A DNA stretch of 64,000 nt. Origin: Octopus sinensis. Its lineage: Eukaryota. The stretch is taken from positions 39,630,464 through 39,694,463 of the forward strand of contig NC_043011.1 in NCBI RefSeq assembly GCF_006345805.1, read 5' to 3'. Positions 38,981 through 51,747 of the stretch are shown piece after piece. Every line of letters begins with the position of its first letter. Positions within the stretch are counted from its first letter, which is position 1. Made by a program: the position numbers and the translations under genes. Under the pieces are notes generated by a model. The model was given only the letters and a program-made list of their open reading frames with translations, was not told the DNA's origin and searched no databases.

Positions 38981-39184
38981 ATTTACCTAATGTTAGTTCC
39001 AGTAAAGAAGAAGACTGCCTTGGCTGGAGCAACTCTTGCCAGTATTTGTTTATGTCAATTATACGTCTGGGAATACAAGAACAGTATCATTGCTACATTA
39101 TTTTATGTGGCTGTAGCTTCATTCACAACGTTTATTATCTGTACACGGAGGCTCGAAGAGAAACAGAAACAATACATGCTGTAG
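38981..39184 (+). CDS. SEC22A: SEC22A/C-like terminal coding exon (last two transmembrane segments)
   Basis: Acceptor ttcttttcag|. Encodes IYLMLVP...ICLCQLYVWEYKN...LFYVAVASFTTFIICTRRLEEKQKQYML*, compare SEC22A ICLCNMYLYELRN. Joined CDS is 942 nt, 313 aa. Confidence 0.9.
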   Translation: MYLMLVPVKKKTALAGATLASICLCQLYVWEYKNSIIATLFYVAVASFTTFIICTRRLEEKQKQYML

Positions 39185-39430
39185 AATGGGTTGGCATGCA
39201 ATATAGATTGTACGCATTATATATGTACATGTTTAAATTATATACACATATTTACATATATATTTGTGTGTGTGTGTGTGTGTGTGCGTGTGCATGTGAA
39301 TATATATATATATATCATCATTTGGGACATGGATTTTAAAAGATGAAAGATGATGCTAATGATATATATTCTCATGCATGTACACATGTATGTAAACATA
39401 TATATATATATTCACACATATTGAGTTGAC

Positions 39431-39481
<51 letters not shown>

Positions 39482-40514
39482 TGAGTTGACTGTGTGTAAA
39501 AATGTATATTTGTGGTTAGGGAGCTTGCTTCTTAGCTGCATGGTTTCGGGTTCAGTCCCACTGCATGGCACTTTGGGTAGGTGTCTTCCGCTATAACCCC
39601 GAGCCGACCGAAGCTTTGTGATTGAATTCGGCAGGCGGAAGTTACTGCCGTGTGTGTATATGTGCGTGTAGGTGCTTGTGCCTCTCCGAAAGAGAGAGAG
39701 GGGTGTGTGCGTAAATATATATATATATACATGTATATGTAAACTGTCTGTATACATGCATATATATGTGTGTGTGTGTGCATGTGTGAAATATATTTTT
39801 ATTCAACTTTTCAACTCATCTCTCATTACAAAAAGAAATAATCATTTTTGAACCAAAGACAAACATCGTCACATAACAAAGACTCACTTTTATCGAATGA
39901 GACACCAAATTACCTTTTTGAAAAACATTCATTGTCCGTTCTAACTCAGTGCCTATAATCATCATGCTATCATGAGCACATATCGAAATTTTTGTGCGTG
40001 TGTGGCAGCCGCCAGCAATGTGGTTAAGAGATGTCCACCAGACCAAGTTTGCTGCGACCTCTTTCAGTATTTTTGCTGGGACCCACTTCATCTAAATCTG
40101 CAACTTCCAATCTTCTCCTCCTCCTCTCCATTCTTTTTTTTTTTCCTACCATTTCATCTCTCATACAGCTGCGGTATCGTCACTCCAAAGAAACCTTCCT
40201 GTCTTTTGAAATAAACTCAGTATATTCTCTGTCAACAGAAATTGCTAACTAGGTTTTGACTTTTTATTTTGGAGAAAACCTTTGCATGACCTACTAACAG
40301 CTTTTGTACATGCATGAATATTTTTAACTGTTTGCTTCTTCTTCCTTCAAAAAAAATTCTATAAATGGTGTGTTTGTGTGTGTGTGTGTGCATGTGTGTG
40401 GTGTGTGTTTAGTAGTTAAAGAAGTGTGGCTAAGGCCTTGATTGTCAAGTGGTAATTGGGGATAAATACAGATGCAAACACGCACTCACACACACACACA
40501 CATATATATATATG

Positions 40515-40703
40515 GCTTAATCCATAACACTACATTACCAGTCGCAGATTTCGCCAGAGGGGCAGCTCCAATCCATAGCACTACATTACCGGTTACAGAT
40601 TTTGCCAGAGGGGCAACCCCAATCCATAACACTACATTACTGTTCGCAGATTTCGCCAGAGGGGCAGGCGCAATCCATACCACTACATCACCGGTCGCAG
40701 ATT
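40515..40703. repeat. 51-bp tandem repeat, about 3.7 copies
   Basis: Unit ggcagctccaatccatagcactacattaccggttacagattttgccagagg. Confidence 0.9.
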
Positions 40704-41306
40704 TAGTTAAAAAAAATTAATTAAAAAAATCTGGCTGTCAGATTGTAAAGATCCCTAATTTTATATTTGCATGTTTTAGATTTAAATAATCTAAAAGAAA
40801 AAAAAAGGCTCTACGCGTAAATCTCTAATGATCGGTCATACAACCAGTCATGTGATGCTGAAATACTTTATTGAGTTAGACATTTGGATTTTTCTAGTTT
40901 CATGGGCTACTCAGCTCATATCCAATCGTGTTGCGCTACAGACCACCAAAAGCAACAAATTAAAAATGCTCATCTAAACCCATTTTTGTAAATAAATAGC
41001 ATGAGGTTTTTTAGAGGGGAGAATTTGTTTCGAGGAACCTATGTCACATTATTTTTATTCCTGTTGAAGCACATTTAACCATGTTCGGTTTGAGTTGAAA
41101 AGCCAACTATGTATGATTTTCTACAGACAACATTCTTCTTAGGGTATTAATATGGTTTGCTGTTATAATTTTAGATAGCGGAAGTTTAAAGTGTCAGCAT
41201 TTACTGAAAGCTCGTTCTTAGTATTATTTCTACCATTTTACATGCAACTCATGAGAAGCAAGAATTTGTAATAGGAGGGCGAGAGACACCCTTCCAGCTA
41301 AAATAA

Positions 41307-41694
41307 TCTTTATATATAAAAGTGAAGTTGTGTGTCTGTCTCCTACGATTTAGATTCCTAACTACTCCCACATTTTGCGGTACAGTTTAATCAAAAGCGG
41401 GTATCTTATAGTCGTGATTCATATCGAGCCCTTCTGGGTATTAGCGTGTGTCTACAATGAGTCTACAATTTAAAAAAAATTTACTATCATTATTTTCCAT
41501 TTTAATGCATTTTTCGCTATTATATAAGGGAAGTAACCCTCTAAAAATGTCTACGATGAGTCAACGATTTAAAAAAAAATTTACCATCATTTTTTTTTCC
41601 ATTTTTAATGCATATTTTTTGGCTATAACTCTCTAAAAATGCTTATATAGTTATTTCCCTTACAAACCCGAGCAACGCCAGGCGATACTGCTAG
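41307..41694 (+). mobile_element. Non-autonomous Helitron
   Basis: A|TC...acaaacccgagcaacgccaggcgatactgCTAG|T; near-identical termini to 15189-15578. Confidence 0.8.
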
Positions 41695-42124
41695 TAATAA
41701 TAATTTCCGCTGCATTTTTGAAAAATAAAATACTCAATTTATTTCAATGACGACAAATGCAACACTTTTACACACGTTAAAAGCATACCGTATTTTCATA
41801 CACTAATCAACTCATTTGACAATAATTACATCTTATGTAAACTGCCCAGAAAATTGTAGATTCCAATTTATACGATTGGTTTTAAAATCAACCTGTCAAT
41901 GATTTTTTTGTATTATAGGCACAAGGCCTGAAGTTTGGGGGGAGGGAACTAGTCGATTACATCAATCCCAGAATTTCACTGGTACTTAATTTATCAACCC
42001 CGAAAGGATGAAAGGCAAAGTTGACATTGACAGAATTTTGAAGTCAGAGCAACGGGCGAAATACCTCTAAGCTTTTTGTCCAGCGTGCTAACGACTCTGC
42101 GAGCTCACTGCCCTCATCAATCAG

Positions 42125-42517
42125 TTAATGGGGGCAAGCACTCCATCGGTTACGACGACGAGGGTTCCGGTTGATCTGAATCAACGGAACAGCCTGCTCG
42201 TGAAATTAACGTGTAAGTGGCTGAGCACCCCACAGACACGTGTACCCTTAACGTAGTTCTCGAGGATATTCAGCGTGACACAGAGAGTGACAAGGCCGGC
42301 CCTTTGAAATACAGGTACAACAGAAACAGGAAGTAAGAGTGAGAGAAAGTTGTGGTGAAAGAGTACAGCAGGGATCACCAACATCCCCTGCCGGTGCCTC
42401 GTGGAGCTTTAGGTGTTTTCGCTCAATAAACACTCACAACCCCCTGTCTGGGAATCGAAACCGCGATCCTATGACCGCGAGTCCGCTGCCCTAACCACTG
42501 GGCCATTGCGCCTCCAC
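42125..42517 (-). mobile_element. tRNA-derived SINE family D
   Basis: Head ggaggcgcaatggcccagtggttagggcagcgg...gtttcgattccc. Related heads at about 15805, 33361, 38275 and 60495. Confidence 0.75.
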
Positions 42518-42586
42518 AATCAGTTAATAATGTGAAATTCCCTGAATTTGGCGAGTTTGCTGAACAATTAAGGGCAATCCTTCGGT

Positions 42587-42944
42587 TTGACTCAACAAAA
42601 CGATAACAAGACCTCGCTTGTTTCCATGACAACTCAACAATTCATTTTGGATACCTTCGTGACGTCCGTGACAGCTACTAAAATGGGAGGAGGAGAAGAA
42701 AGCTAATGGGTTGTGTGTACGTTCTTGTTCTTGTCTCTGTGTGTGTGCTTGCTTCTTCTTGGCTGTGTGTGTGTGTGTACGTGCTTGTTCTTGTCTGTAT
42801 GTGGAACAAGCACGCACACACAGCCCATTAGCTTTCTTCTCCTCCCATTTTAGTAGCTGTCACGGAGGTCACGAAGATATCCGAAGTGAATTGTCAAGTT
42901 GTCGCGGAGACAAGCAAGGTCTCGTTAGAGTTTTGTTGAGTCAA
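42587..42944. repeat. Foldback element, arms of about 145 bp around a (GT)/(TTC)-rich centre
   Basis: ttgactcaacaaaac...ccgtgacagctactaaaatgggagga mirrors tcctcccattttagtagctgtcacgg...gttttgttgagtcaa. Confidence 0.88.
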
Positions 42945-43281
42945 TGCTCTTCTGAGGCAAAAAAAAAAAAAAAAAGGATGATGCAACGAGGTCGAGAAAA
43001 TTAAAATCGTTTAATAATTTAAATCATTACAGCTTTTGTTGGTTATACATTTGAAATGGGAAATTTCACCTTGGTTTTAAATTTTTGACTCAAAGTCATC
43101 CACTAGCGGGATAAATCGATTTACATCGACCTCAGTACTCAGCTGGTACTTATTTTATCGACCCTGAAAGAATGAAAGTCGAAGTCGACCTCGGCAGAAT
43201 TTGAGCTTAAAATGTTAATACAGAGACAAAGTGTTACTAAGCATTTTGCTTGGCGTGCTTAATTGGGCAATCCTTCGGTTT

Positions 43282-43929
43282 CATCATCATCATTTAACGT
43301 CCGCTTTCCATGCTAGCATGGGTTGGACGGTTCAACTGGGGTCTGGGGAGCCCGAAGGCTGCACCAGGCCAGTCAGATCTGGCAGTGTTTCTACAGATGG
43401 ATGCCCTTCCTAACGCCAACCACTCCGAGAGTGTAGTGGGTGATTTTATGTGCCACCGACACAGATGCCAGACGAGGCTGGCGAACGGCCACGCTCGGAT
43501 GGTGTTTTTTATGTGCCACCGACACAGGTGCTAGATGAGGCTGGCGAACGGCCACGATCGGATGGTGTTTGTTACGTGCCCACAGCACGGAGGCCAGTCG
43601 ATGCGGTACTGGCTACGGCCACGTTCGGATGGTTTTCTTGTGTGCCACCGGCACTGGTACCACAAAGATACAAATTCCATTGATGTTCATCTATTTTGAT
43701 TTGTTTTGATTTGATTTTCACTTGCCTCAACAGGTCTTTACAAGTGTCACAAGAAGGAAGGTATGCACAGGTGGACTGACTACGTCCCAGGTAGGGGCCA
43801 CGGGTTATGGCCTGACTAGTCTTGCCGGGTCTTCTCACGCACAGCATACTTCCATAGGTCTCGGTCTCTAGTCATTTCCTTGGTGAGACCTAAAGTTCGA
43901 AGGTCGTGCTTCACCGCCTCGTCCCAGGT
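43282..43929 (-). mobile_element. Young 5'-truncated RTE LINE (ORF end plus 3' UTR with approximately 55-bp internal repeats and a (GAT)n tail)
   Basis: Minus strand encodes TWDEAVKHDLRTLGLTKEMTRDRDLWKYAVREKTRQD*. Shorter copies of the same 3' end are at about 2540-2815, 23648-23980, 24345-24480, 27938-28275, 30745-31050, 31300-31560, 31878-31995, 37860-38090 and 50450-50995. Confidence 0.8.
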
Positions 43930-45239
43930 TTAAAACCAAGGTGAAATTTCCCATTTCAAATGTATAACCAATAAAAGCTGTAATGATTTAAATTATTAAA
44001 CGATTTTAATTTTCTCGGCCTCGTTGCATCATCCTTTTTTTTTTTTTTTTTGCCTCAGAAGAACATTGTGTTCATATGTTAGTTAATTATTCCAGACTAA
44101 AAATTTAGAAACAACTTTTTATATATAAGTATTACACTGGGAGTATGTTTCACAATGAAATATATCAAGGGGAATAACTTTAACATTAGAGTCGTTTCCC
44201 TTAGAATGAAGTCTTATGAGCTATAATGGATCTCTTTCGTTCTCCGATTTTTCTCACCTGCGCATGCGCATTACCTCTGTTATAACCTCTCGGCTCCTTT
44301 ACTGTTGCTTTTCTACATTTCTCTGATTTATTCTGAGTACCAACGCATGCACTCTTGGCTTTCACTGCTGTCTTATTTTTCTTGACTTTCTGTCCACTGT
44401 TGCCGTTTTCTGACTAATTGTAGGGCAGCTGAGAACTACATACAATTAAATCACAATTATTATGAGTGACCTGGCATAACCGTTGGCGCATCAGATAAAA
44501 AAATACTTTGTGACATTTCTTCTGGTTCTTCACATACGGAGTTCAATTTCCACCCAGGTCATCTTTGCTTTTTATTCTTTCACGGCCGATAAAATAAACA
44601 CTGGTTGAGAACAGGGGTCGATGTAGTCGACTTAAGCCTTCTCCTAAAATTTAAAACTATTCTTATAATTATTATTATTAAGTGAGAGAGAGCAGCACAT
44701 GCCATCAATGTGACGCAGGGGTACAAATATACAAAGCCCAGTAAACCAAACATGACAACCAGTCTGATAGGGGTACACCAGGTACATGCATCACAACCAT
44801 ACATGTGTGACACGATGATCTCATATCAAGATAAACAGTGCAGTACCTTGCAGGTGGAGCCCAGTTAGGATTTTCTTCAGGTCAAGTAGTCCATCCTGTT
44901 CAAAAGGTCCCTGGATAAGAGTTGTTTAAGGATATTGAACAAAACACCTATGTTTCCAGTGGTGAATTATTCAAACCCCAAAGAATACCTCTCAACACAT
45001 GGCTATGGTGCTTCCCCACTACACCTGCCTGTGATCAGAGATGCACATATCTTCAGCCACTGAGAGACATGCTCTGCTGGTTAAGGTTAAGCAAGTGACA
45101 AGCACATCTATAGCATCGGACAAAACATTTGTTGTAGCTCATCTTTTGCTCCAAGACAAAACATACACATGATAACACTTTCAATCAGTTAAGATCAGAA
45201 GCCACAAGATCTAGTGCCTGGTAATGCATCAGGGCTATT

Positions 45240-46095
45240 ATTATTATTGTTGTTGTTGTTGTTATTTATGGTGGGCAAAAATATTTTACATTCGGAATCA
45301 ATGTCCTTGATATGGGGTCTCAATCAGTTTCCTTAGATATTGAGGACCCTTCTTACAATCGTTGCTGTTCTCAGTAGAGCAGATTTCTGAATTAATGCAA
45401 CTTGTAACAGGATCTGGAATCGGTATCACTGAAAGGGTGTCCGATCCGATCCCGTCACATTCAATTTAGTAAAATGTAACAGACGAAGTCAGGTTATCTG
45501 GGAAAGACAGCAAATGTTGTTTATTACTCGTGATGGTGTACGTATTTCTGAGGGGAAACGACAGCCGAATCTTTGTACTGCTTCTTGTTGGTTGATTGAA
45601 GTGATTCGATGTGGTCCGTTGCTAAGCCGGTGTAGAGTTCTCAGAGACTACCAAATGCACGTCTGTTCACGAGGGCTGAAAGGGCCAGAGAGAGTGAGTG
45701 AGTGGACTGTGGTTTTAGGGGTCAGTTTCCCACACATGCGCATGGGGAAGACTTCCGGTGGCCACCCGGAAGTAGTCCCATTCTGCGCATGCGCGCTGAA
45801 CCTTACACAGCAGCATCACTACAAACTCTTCTAGTTACACCAATCTCAGTAAGGGTGACGGTACCTAGGGCATCTATGAGAACCGCAATCGCCCTCCATT
45901 GTCTTATTTCCTTACTTAATTCCTGCTGTTTTCCTATTTTCTCCCCATCTTTGACTGCTGCAATCATGTCTGCAGATGCAGCCACATCTGTGATGATGAT
46001 TTCATTTTTCCCTCATGTCCAGAACTATAATATCTGGTCACTTTGCATGAAGTTTGTGATCAGTCTATACATTAAAATCCCATAAAATCGTATAT
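45240..46095 (-). mobile_element. R4/Dong-like RLE non-LTR retrotransposon 3' fragment, interrupted by an LTR-like insert
   Basis: Minus strand reads WDFNV*TDHKLHAK*PDIIVLD...DVA...EKIGKQQELSKEIRQW...IDALGTVT, and past the insert IQKSALLRTATIVRRVLNI*. Ends at (AAC)n/(TAA)n. Confidence 0.8.
45403..45839 (-). mobile_element. Solo-LTR-like insertion
   Basis: TGTAAC...GTTACA ends, splits the R4-like ORF, has AATAAA on the minus strand and GC-rich promoter motifs. No clear TSD. Confidence 0.55.
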
Positions 46096-47139
46096 TGGTC
46101 GTTCTCTGTTATACTTCCTGGTTGATGTTGGTACCATTTTCTTCCTACTTTAAATTCTCTTTGCCATAATATATAATAATGAAATTATTGTATACAGTGC
46201 TCAGGTACACCACAACTTTTGAATGAAAGCGTAACAAGACATACTTAAAGAAAAACCATCTGAAATATATAGAAGGGAAGAACAGAAAATATATACCCGT
46301 ATACAGCACATGGTATCACTTTATCTTGGTGTTGTACCTTCCACTCTCTTCTCTCTGCATTCTTGTACTTCTCTGATCTCTCCTTCACTTTACTTTCTAT
46401 TCCAGTCTAATTCAATTTATTTCCTTCCTTCCTTTCATATATATCCCATCTCTGTTTATTCTTTCACTCAATGTTTTAAGTTTTTCATATTCAAGGGAAC
46501 ATGCTTTAATGAATGTCTTAATATAGGCCATTCTCAACACATATCCTACTGGTCAACCATAATAAGCTTGAGATTTACAAACAGCTTTTAATATGTACTA
46601 ATGAATTTAAAAACATTAATTAATTAACCTTCATGTATTTCTTTTGAAAGATTCTTGATGTGAAAACGCGTGTTGAAACAGATATTGTTATACTTAGGGA
46701 TCGTCATTTTTTTTCTCCAATTAAACACACATTAATTATTCAATCTCCACTTCAATTCTTACTCATATCATTTTTATAATATTTGTATGTCAAAGTTCTT
46801 TTGTCATACATTCTGTCACTTCTTCAATGACTCTCTATCCCATGTGCTTTGTCTTCTCTTGCTTATTCGATTTTATCTTCCTGTGATATGTGTCTCTATC
46901 CAGAGAGATACTTGTGTGGCAAAAGAACTTTGACAGAGTTATAAACTAAAAATAATACAAATAAAAACTAAAGTGGAGATCAAATAAATTCAACAGTTCT
47001 CAACCGGGGTCCATATAAGATTTTGTGGAGTCCATGGATGCAATGTAATAAATTGCGGTTCCATGGTAATTTTTCAGGGACCATGAAAAAATTGTACTTC
47101 AGACCAGTGAAGTTTATGTAAAATAAACTGGTTATACTA

Positions 47140-47580
47140 AGGCGGTGAGCTGATGGAAACTTTAGCACACCGGTCGAAATGCTTAGCAGTATTTCATCTG
47201 TCTTTATGTTCTGAGTTCAAATTCCACCGAGGTCGACTTTGCCTTTCATCCTTTTAGGATCGATAAATTAATTACCAGTTGCATACTGGGGTTGATCTAA
47301 TTGACTGGCCCCATCCTCCAAAATTTTGGGCTTTGTGCCTAGAGTGGTAAAGATCAAACAGTTTTGTCAAGGCAGCAAGCTGGCAGAAACGTTAGCACGC
47401 TGGGTGAAATGCTTTGCTGTACATCGTCTGTCTTTACGTTCTGAGTTCAAATTCCGCCAAGATCAACTTTGCCTTTTATCCTTTTGGGGTCAATAAATTA
47501 AGTACCAGTTGTGTACTGGGGTTGATATAATCGACTGACCCCATCCCCCAAAATTTTGGGCCTTGTGCTTAGAGTAGAAA
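47140..47580 (+). mobile_element. Two tandem copies of SINE family C
   Basis: ggcggtgagctg...gttcaaattcc...gactttgcctttcatcctt...gataaattaagtaccag. Other copies at about 14340-14660(-), 31055-31285(-), 38575-38805(-), 41915-42115(-), 43110-43280(-), 48570-48785(-) and 57655-57855(-). Confidence 0.8.
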
Positions 47581-49342
47581 AGAGTAAACTGGTTATACTT
47601 CCACAATACACAAAATATTATAATTTTTATACAAATCCTAATGATATTTAATTCTAAAAATAAAATAGAACTTTTTAAACATTGAATGGCTATGAGAGTC
47701 CATTCAAGTAAAATAGCAATCAAATGGATCTATTAGTAAAAAATGGTTGAGAACCTCTGGTTTAATAGGTAAAAAATATTTTTTTTAAATGACCATCCCT
47801 GAGTATAACAATATTAATTTATTTATTTTGAACAAAGCTATTGGATAAACTTCCACAAGTGGTAACTCAATGTACAAGAAACAGAAAACTATATTCTCCT
47901 AAATCACATTCAATCATCATAAAAGAAAAAAGAAAAAGAAACAGAGTAAAGTCATGTATGACAATGAAATCGCAGATATACAGAGTTGGAATGGTCCCAG
48001 CTGGAACACCTTTCATCTTGGGTCTGCTCAATCAGGGTTAACTTGGGGGTTAAACAACAACAAATATCGAAAATAACAAATAAGTGAACAACTTTTTTCT
48101 TTGTTTTATTATAATTATTTTATTTTTTACAAAGGAATTTTTAATATATATCATTATTATTATTATTATTATTATTAATATTATTTCATTTACACACAAC
48201 AGACTAGACTGTTGGAAAAAATTCCTAACATCAGGCTACAACAAGTAACCTTATTATTATTGTTATTATTATTATTATTATTATTATTTCTGTTTTACCA
48301 AAAACTGAATGACTGAACCTAACATTTCTGGCATATAATACATATCAATTTGCTTGTTTTAATAGCATTTATACTTTGTACGATATTAGTAATAATTGTA
48401 ATAATAATGATAATAATAAACACAGTGATAATATTTGTATTTTCTGACAGATATCTTGAGAAGATTACAGAAACAGAAGAATAAAGAGTTCAATCGACCA
48501 ATTGTATGTAGAATTATAAAATCCAAACTAAAAATCAAAAAATTTCTCCTCCTCCTCCATTTCCATAATAATGGTTTCGAATTTTGGCACAAGGCCAGCA
48601 ATTGCAAGGGAGAGGGTAAGTCGATTACATCGACCCCAGTGTTCAACTGGTACTTATTTCATCAACCCTGAAAGGATGAAAGGTAAAGTCAACCTTGGCA
48701 GGATTTGAACTCAGAATGAAAAGATGATTAAAATGCTGCTGAGCATTTAGCCCAGTGCAGCATGGATTCCGCCAGCTGGCCACCCAAATAAAAATATAAG
48801 TAATATTAATAATTCTCATTAGCTTAATTGGTTATTTTACTTTCTCATTCAGTCCACAACAGCTCTATTTCAATTAACTAAGCCAGCACATTTTCAGAAG
48901 ACACAATGGCGATCTTAAAGGAAATATCTATGAAGGTTAATAAACCTGCATAAAAGCTTGTCTTTTAAGTCTTCGGTTACTATATTTCCAATGAAATACA
49001 CTGACATTTTCAAAACTGTCATTTATTATCATCAAGAATTTGGTAAAATAACTAATTCGGATATTCTTAAGCAAGCTGGAGATTAAAATATAATTTAGGT
49101 TCTTAAATAAAATTAATATAAATGAGCTTAAATTTAAACTTTATAATAGATTTTTTTTCCACCTAAATGATTCAAGATTATATACATGTGTTTGAAAATA
49201 ATCACACGCATGTGGTTATAGGCAACCCACATGAGTGCATATGTACATATTTATACAAGCATGCATATACACATACACACACACACATATACATATATAT
49301 ACACACATATATATATATTATATATACATATATATATTATAT

Positions 49343-49382
<40 letters not shown>

Positions 49383-50130
49383 TTATATATATATGTATAC
49401 ATACACACACACACATATATATATACATATATATCTATACATATATATGTATACATACACACACACATATATATATATATATATACATATATGTATACAT
49501 ACATATATATGTATATATATATATATATACATATCTATACATATATATGTATATACATATCTATACATATATATGTATACATACATATATATCTATACAT
49601 ATATATGTACACGTACACACACACACACACATATATATATATACACACACACATATAGAGAGAGAGGTAGACATATGCACACACACATATATGTATGCTT
49701 CTGGACGTATGCAACAGATGTCCCACAATTAAAACAGCATTTAACTGTTTAATTAATACTCTTTAAATTAAATGCCATCTTTCATGCGGAACACCATGCT
49801 TCTAACATGAACTAATGCATATTTATATTAGCATTTGTGTGTGTATGTGTATGGGTGTATATGTATGTCCGTGTGCCTATGTGCATGTGCACATGTGTAA
49901 TAAAGATTAAACGTTCGTTATTTCAGGTAAATGAATACTTATTTACATTACACCAAAAGTCAAGTCCATGACTGTTTTTGTGGTTATTGTTGTTGTTAAT
50001 GACGGTGGTGGTCATAGGTGAGGGAGGAGATAAAATAAAGAAAGATAACAAAAATAAGTGCTCAGATGATGAAGATTTCTTGGAGTATTGATTCAGACTG
50101 GATTTATGGATGTTCACGCAATATTTAATG

Positions 50131-50176
50131 TTATTCAATGGTAAAACTTCCAGGTGGTGTTTTGTTCTCAGTCAGG
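50131..50176 (-). CDS. Candidate terminal coding exon of an unidentified minus-strand gene
   Basis: Acceptor tattttttttcag|C; encodes LTENKTPPGSFTIE*. Followed by about 2 kb of UTR-like sequence with AATAAA motifs near 48105-48128. No homology recognised. Confidence 0.3.
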
Positions 50177-51711
50177 CTGAAAAAAATATATGTATGTATA
50201 ATAAATATTATATATGTATGTATATCAATGCATATTCTTTTATTTGTTTCAGTCATTTGACTGCAGCCATGCTAGAGCACCGCCTTTAGTCGAACAAATC
50301 CACCCCAGGGCTTAATCTTTGTAAGCCTAGTACTTATTTTATTGGTCTCTTTTGCCGAACTATTAAGTTACAGGGACATAAACACACCAGCATCAGTTGT
50401 CAAGCAATGGTGGGGGGACAAATACATACATATATATATATATGGTCTATGCTAGTCCACTTATGCATGCCTTTTCTTCATTGGACACTAAGCTCTGCTT
50501 GTGAAGACTTGTTAAGGCAAGTGAAATCGAAATCAAACTCGGTGACTGGCATCCGTTGCTAGTGGCGCGCTAAGAGTACCATACGTGTGAGATCGTTGCC
50601 AGAGCAACAAGCTGGCCTTCGTGCTGATGGCACGTTAAACATGCCATTCAAGCGTGATCGTTACCTGTGTCGCCTTACTAACACTTGTGCTTGTGGCACG
50701 TGAAAAAACATTTGAGCAAGGTCATTGCCAGTGCCGCGGGACTGGCTCCTGTGCAGGTGGCACATAAAAAGCACCATTTGAGCGTGGCCATTGCCAGTAC
50801 CACCAAACTGGCCCTCATGCCGGTGGCATGTAAAAACACCCACTACACTCTCGGAGTGGTTGGCGTTATGAAGGGCATCCAGCTGTAGAAACTTTGCCAG
50901 ATCAGATTGGAGTCTCGTTCGCCAGACCTCAGTCAAATCGTCCAACCCATGCTAGCATGGAAAACGGACATTAAATGATGATGATGGTGATGATGATACA
51001 TACATACAATAGGCTTCTTTCAGCCCGAGGTTGTGGTAGAAGATGCTTGCACAAGGTTCCATGCAATGGGACTGAACCCAGAACCATGTGGTTGGGAAGC
51101 AAGCTTCTTACCATACATACACATTATATATATATATATATGTATGTGTGCCTATATATATGTATATATACATATATATAGCTTGGATGTTTTGTTTATC
51201 TCCCCACTGGCAAAATAAACAATAATGATTTTTGTGCCAAAAGCAAATATGAAACATATACTGCAGTATACTTTGTTCCAACAGAACATTTACATTTAAG
51301 TGGGAATAAACATTACCACTCAGTATTAAAATTGTCTCTGTTGCTAACATATATATACATTTTTTTTAACAAGCTCATTGGCTAATCATGACACCATTAC
51401 CTGCCCTTGCACTGCTCTTCTATATATCATTGGCAAGGAAATGAGTCACTGCTATTTCTAGCAGTGGAGCATTCCTCATTGACAAGACCGATGACAGTCA
51501 AAATTACATCCCCACTAGCGATATAAGCAAGAGGGCATTCTGTACCAAAAGCCAATATGAAACTTTCTCTCGTGGCATCTTCTGCAGTATAGTTTGTTCT
51601 GACTGAACAGCCATGTCTAAGTTGGAATAAATATCACCTCATGGTATTAATACTGACTAATAGACAGATAGATAGATAGATAGATAGAGAGAGAGATAAA
51701 TAGAGATAGAT

Positions 51712-51747
<36 letters not shown>

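Noticed and set aside
42440-42517. tRNA genes here and at 15805, 33361, 38275 and 60495
   Set aside because: These are SINE heads with A and B boxes that continue into SINE bodies and lack a complete cloverleaf.
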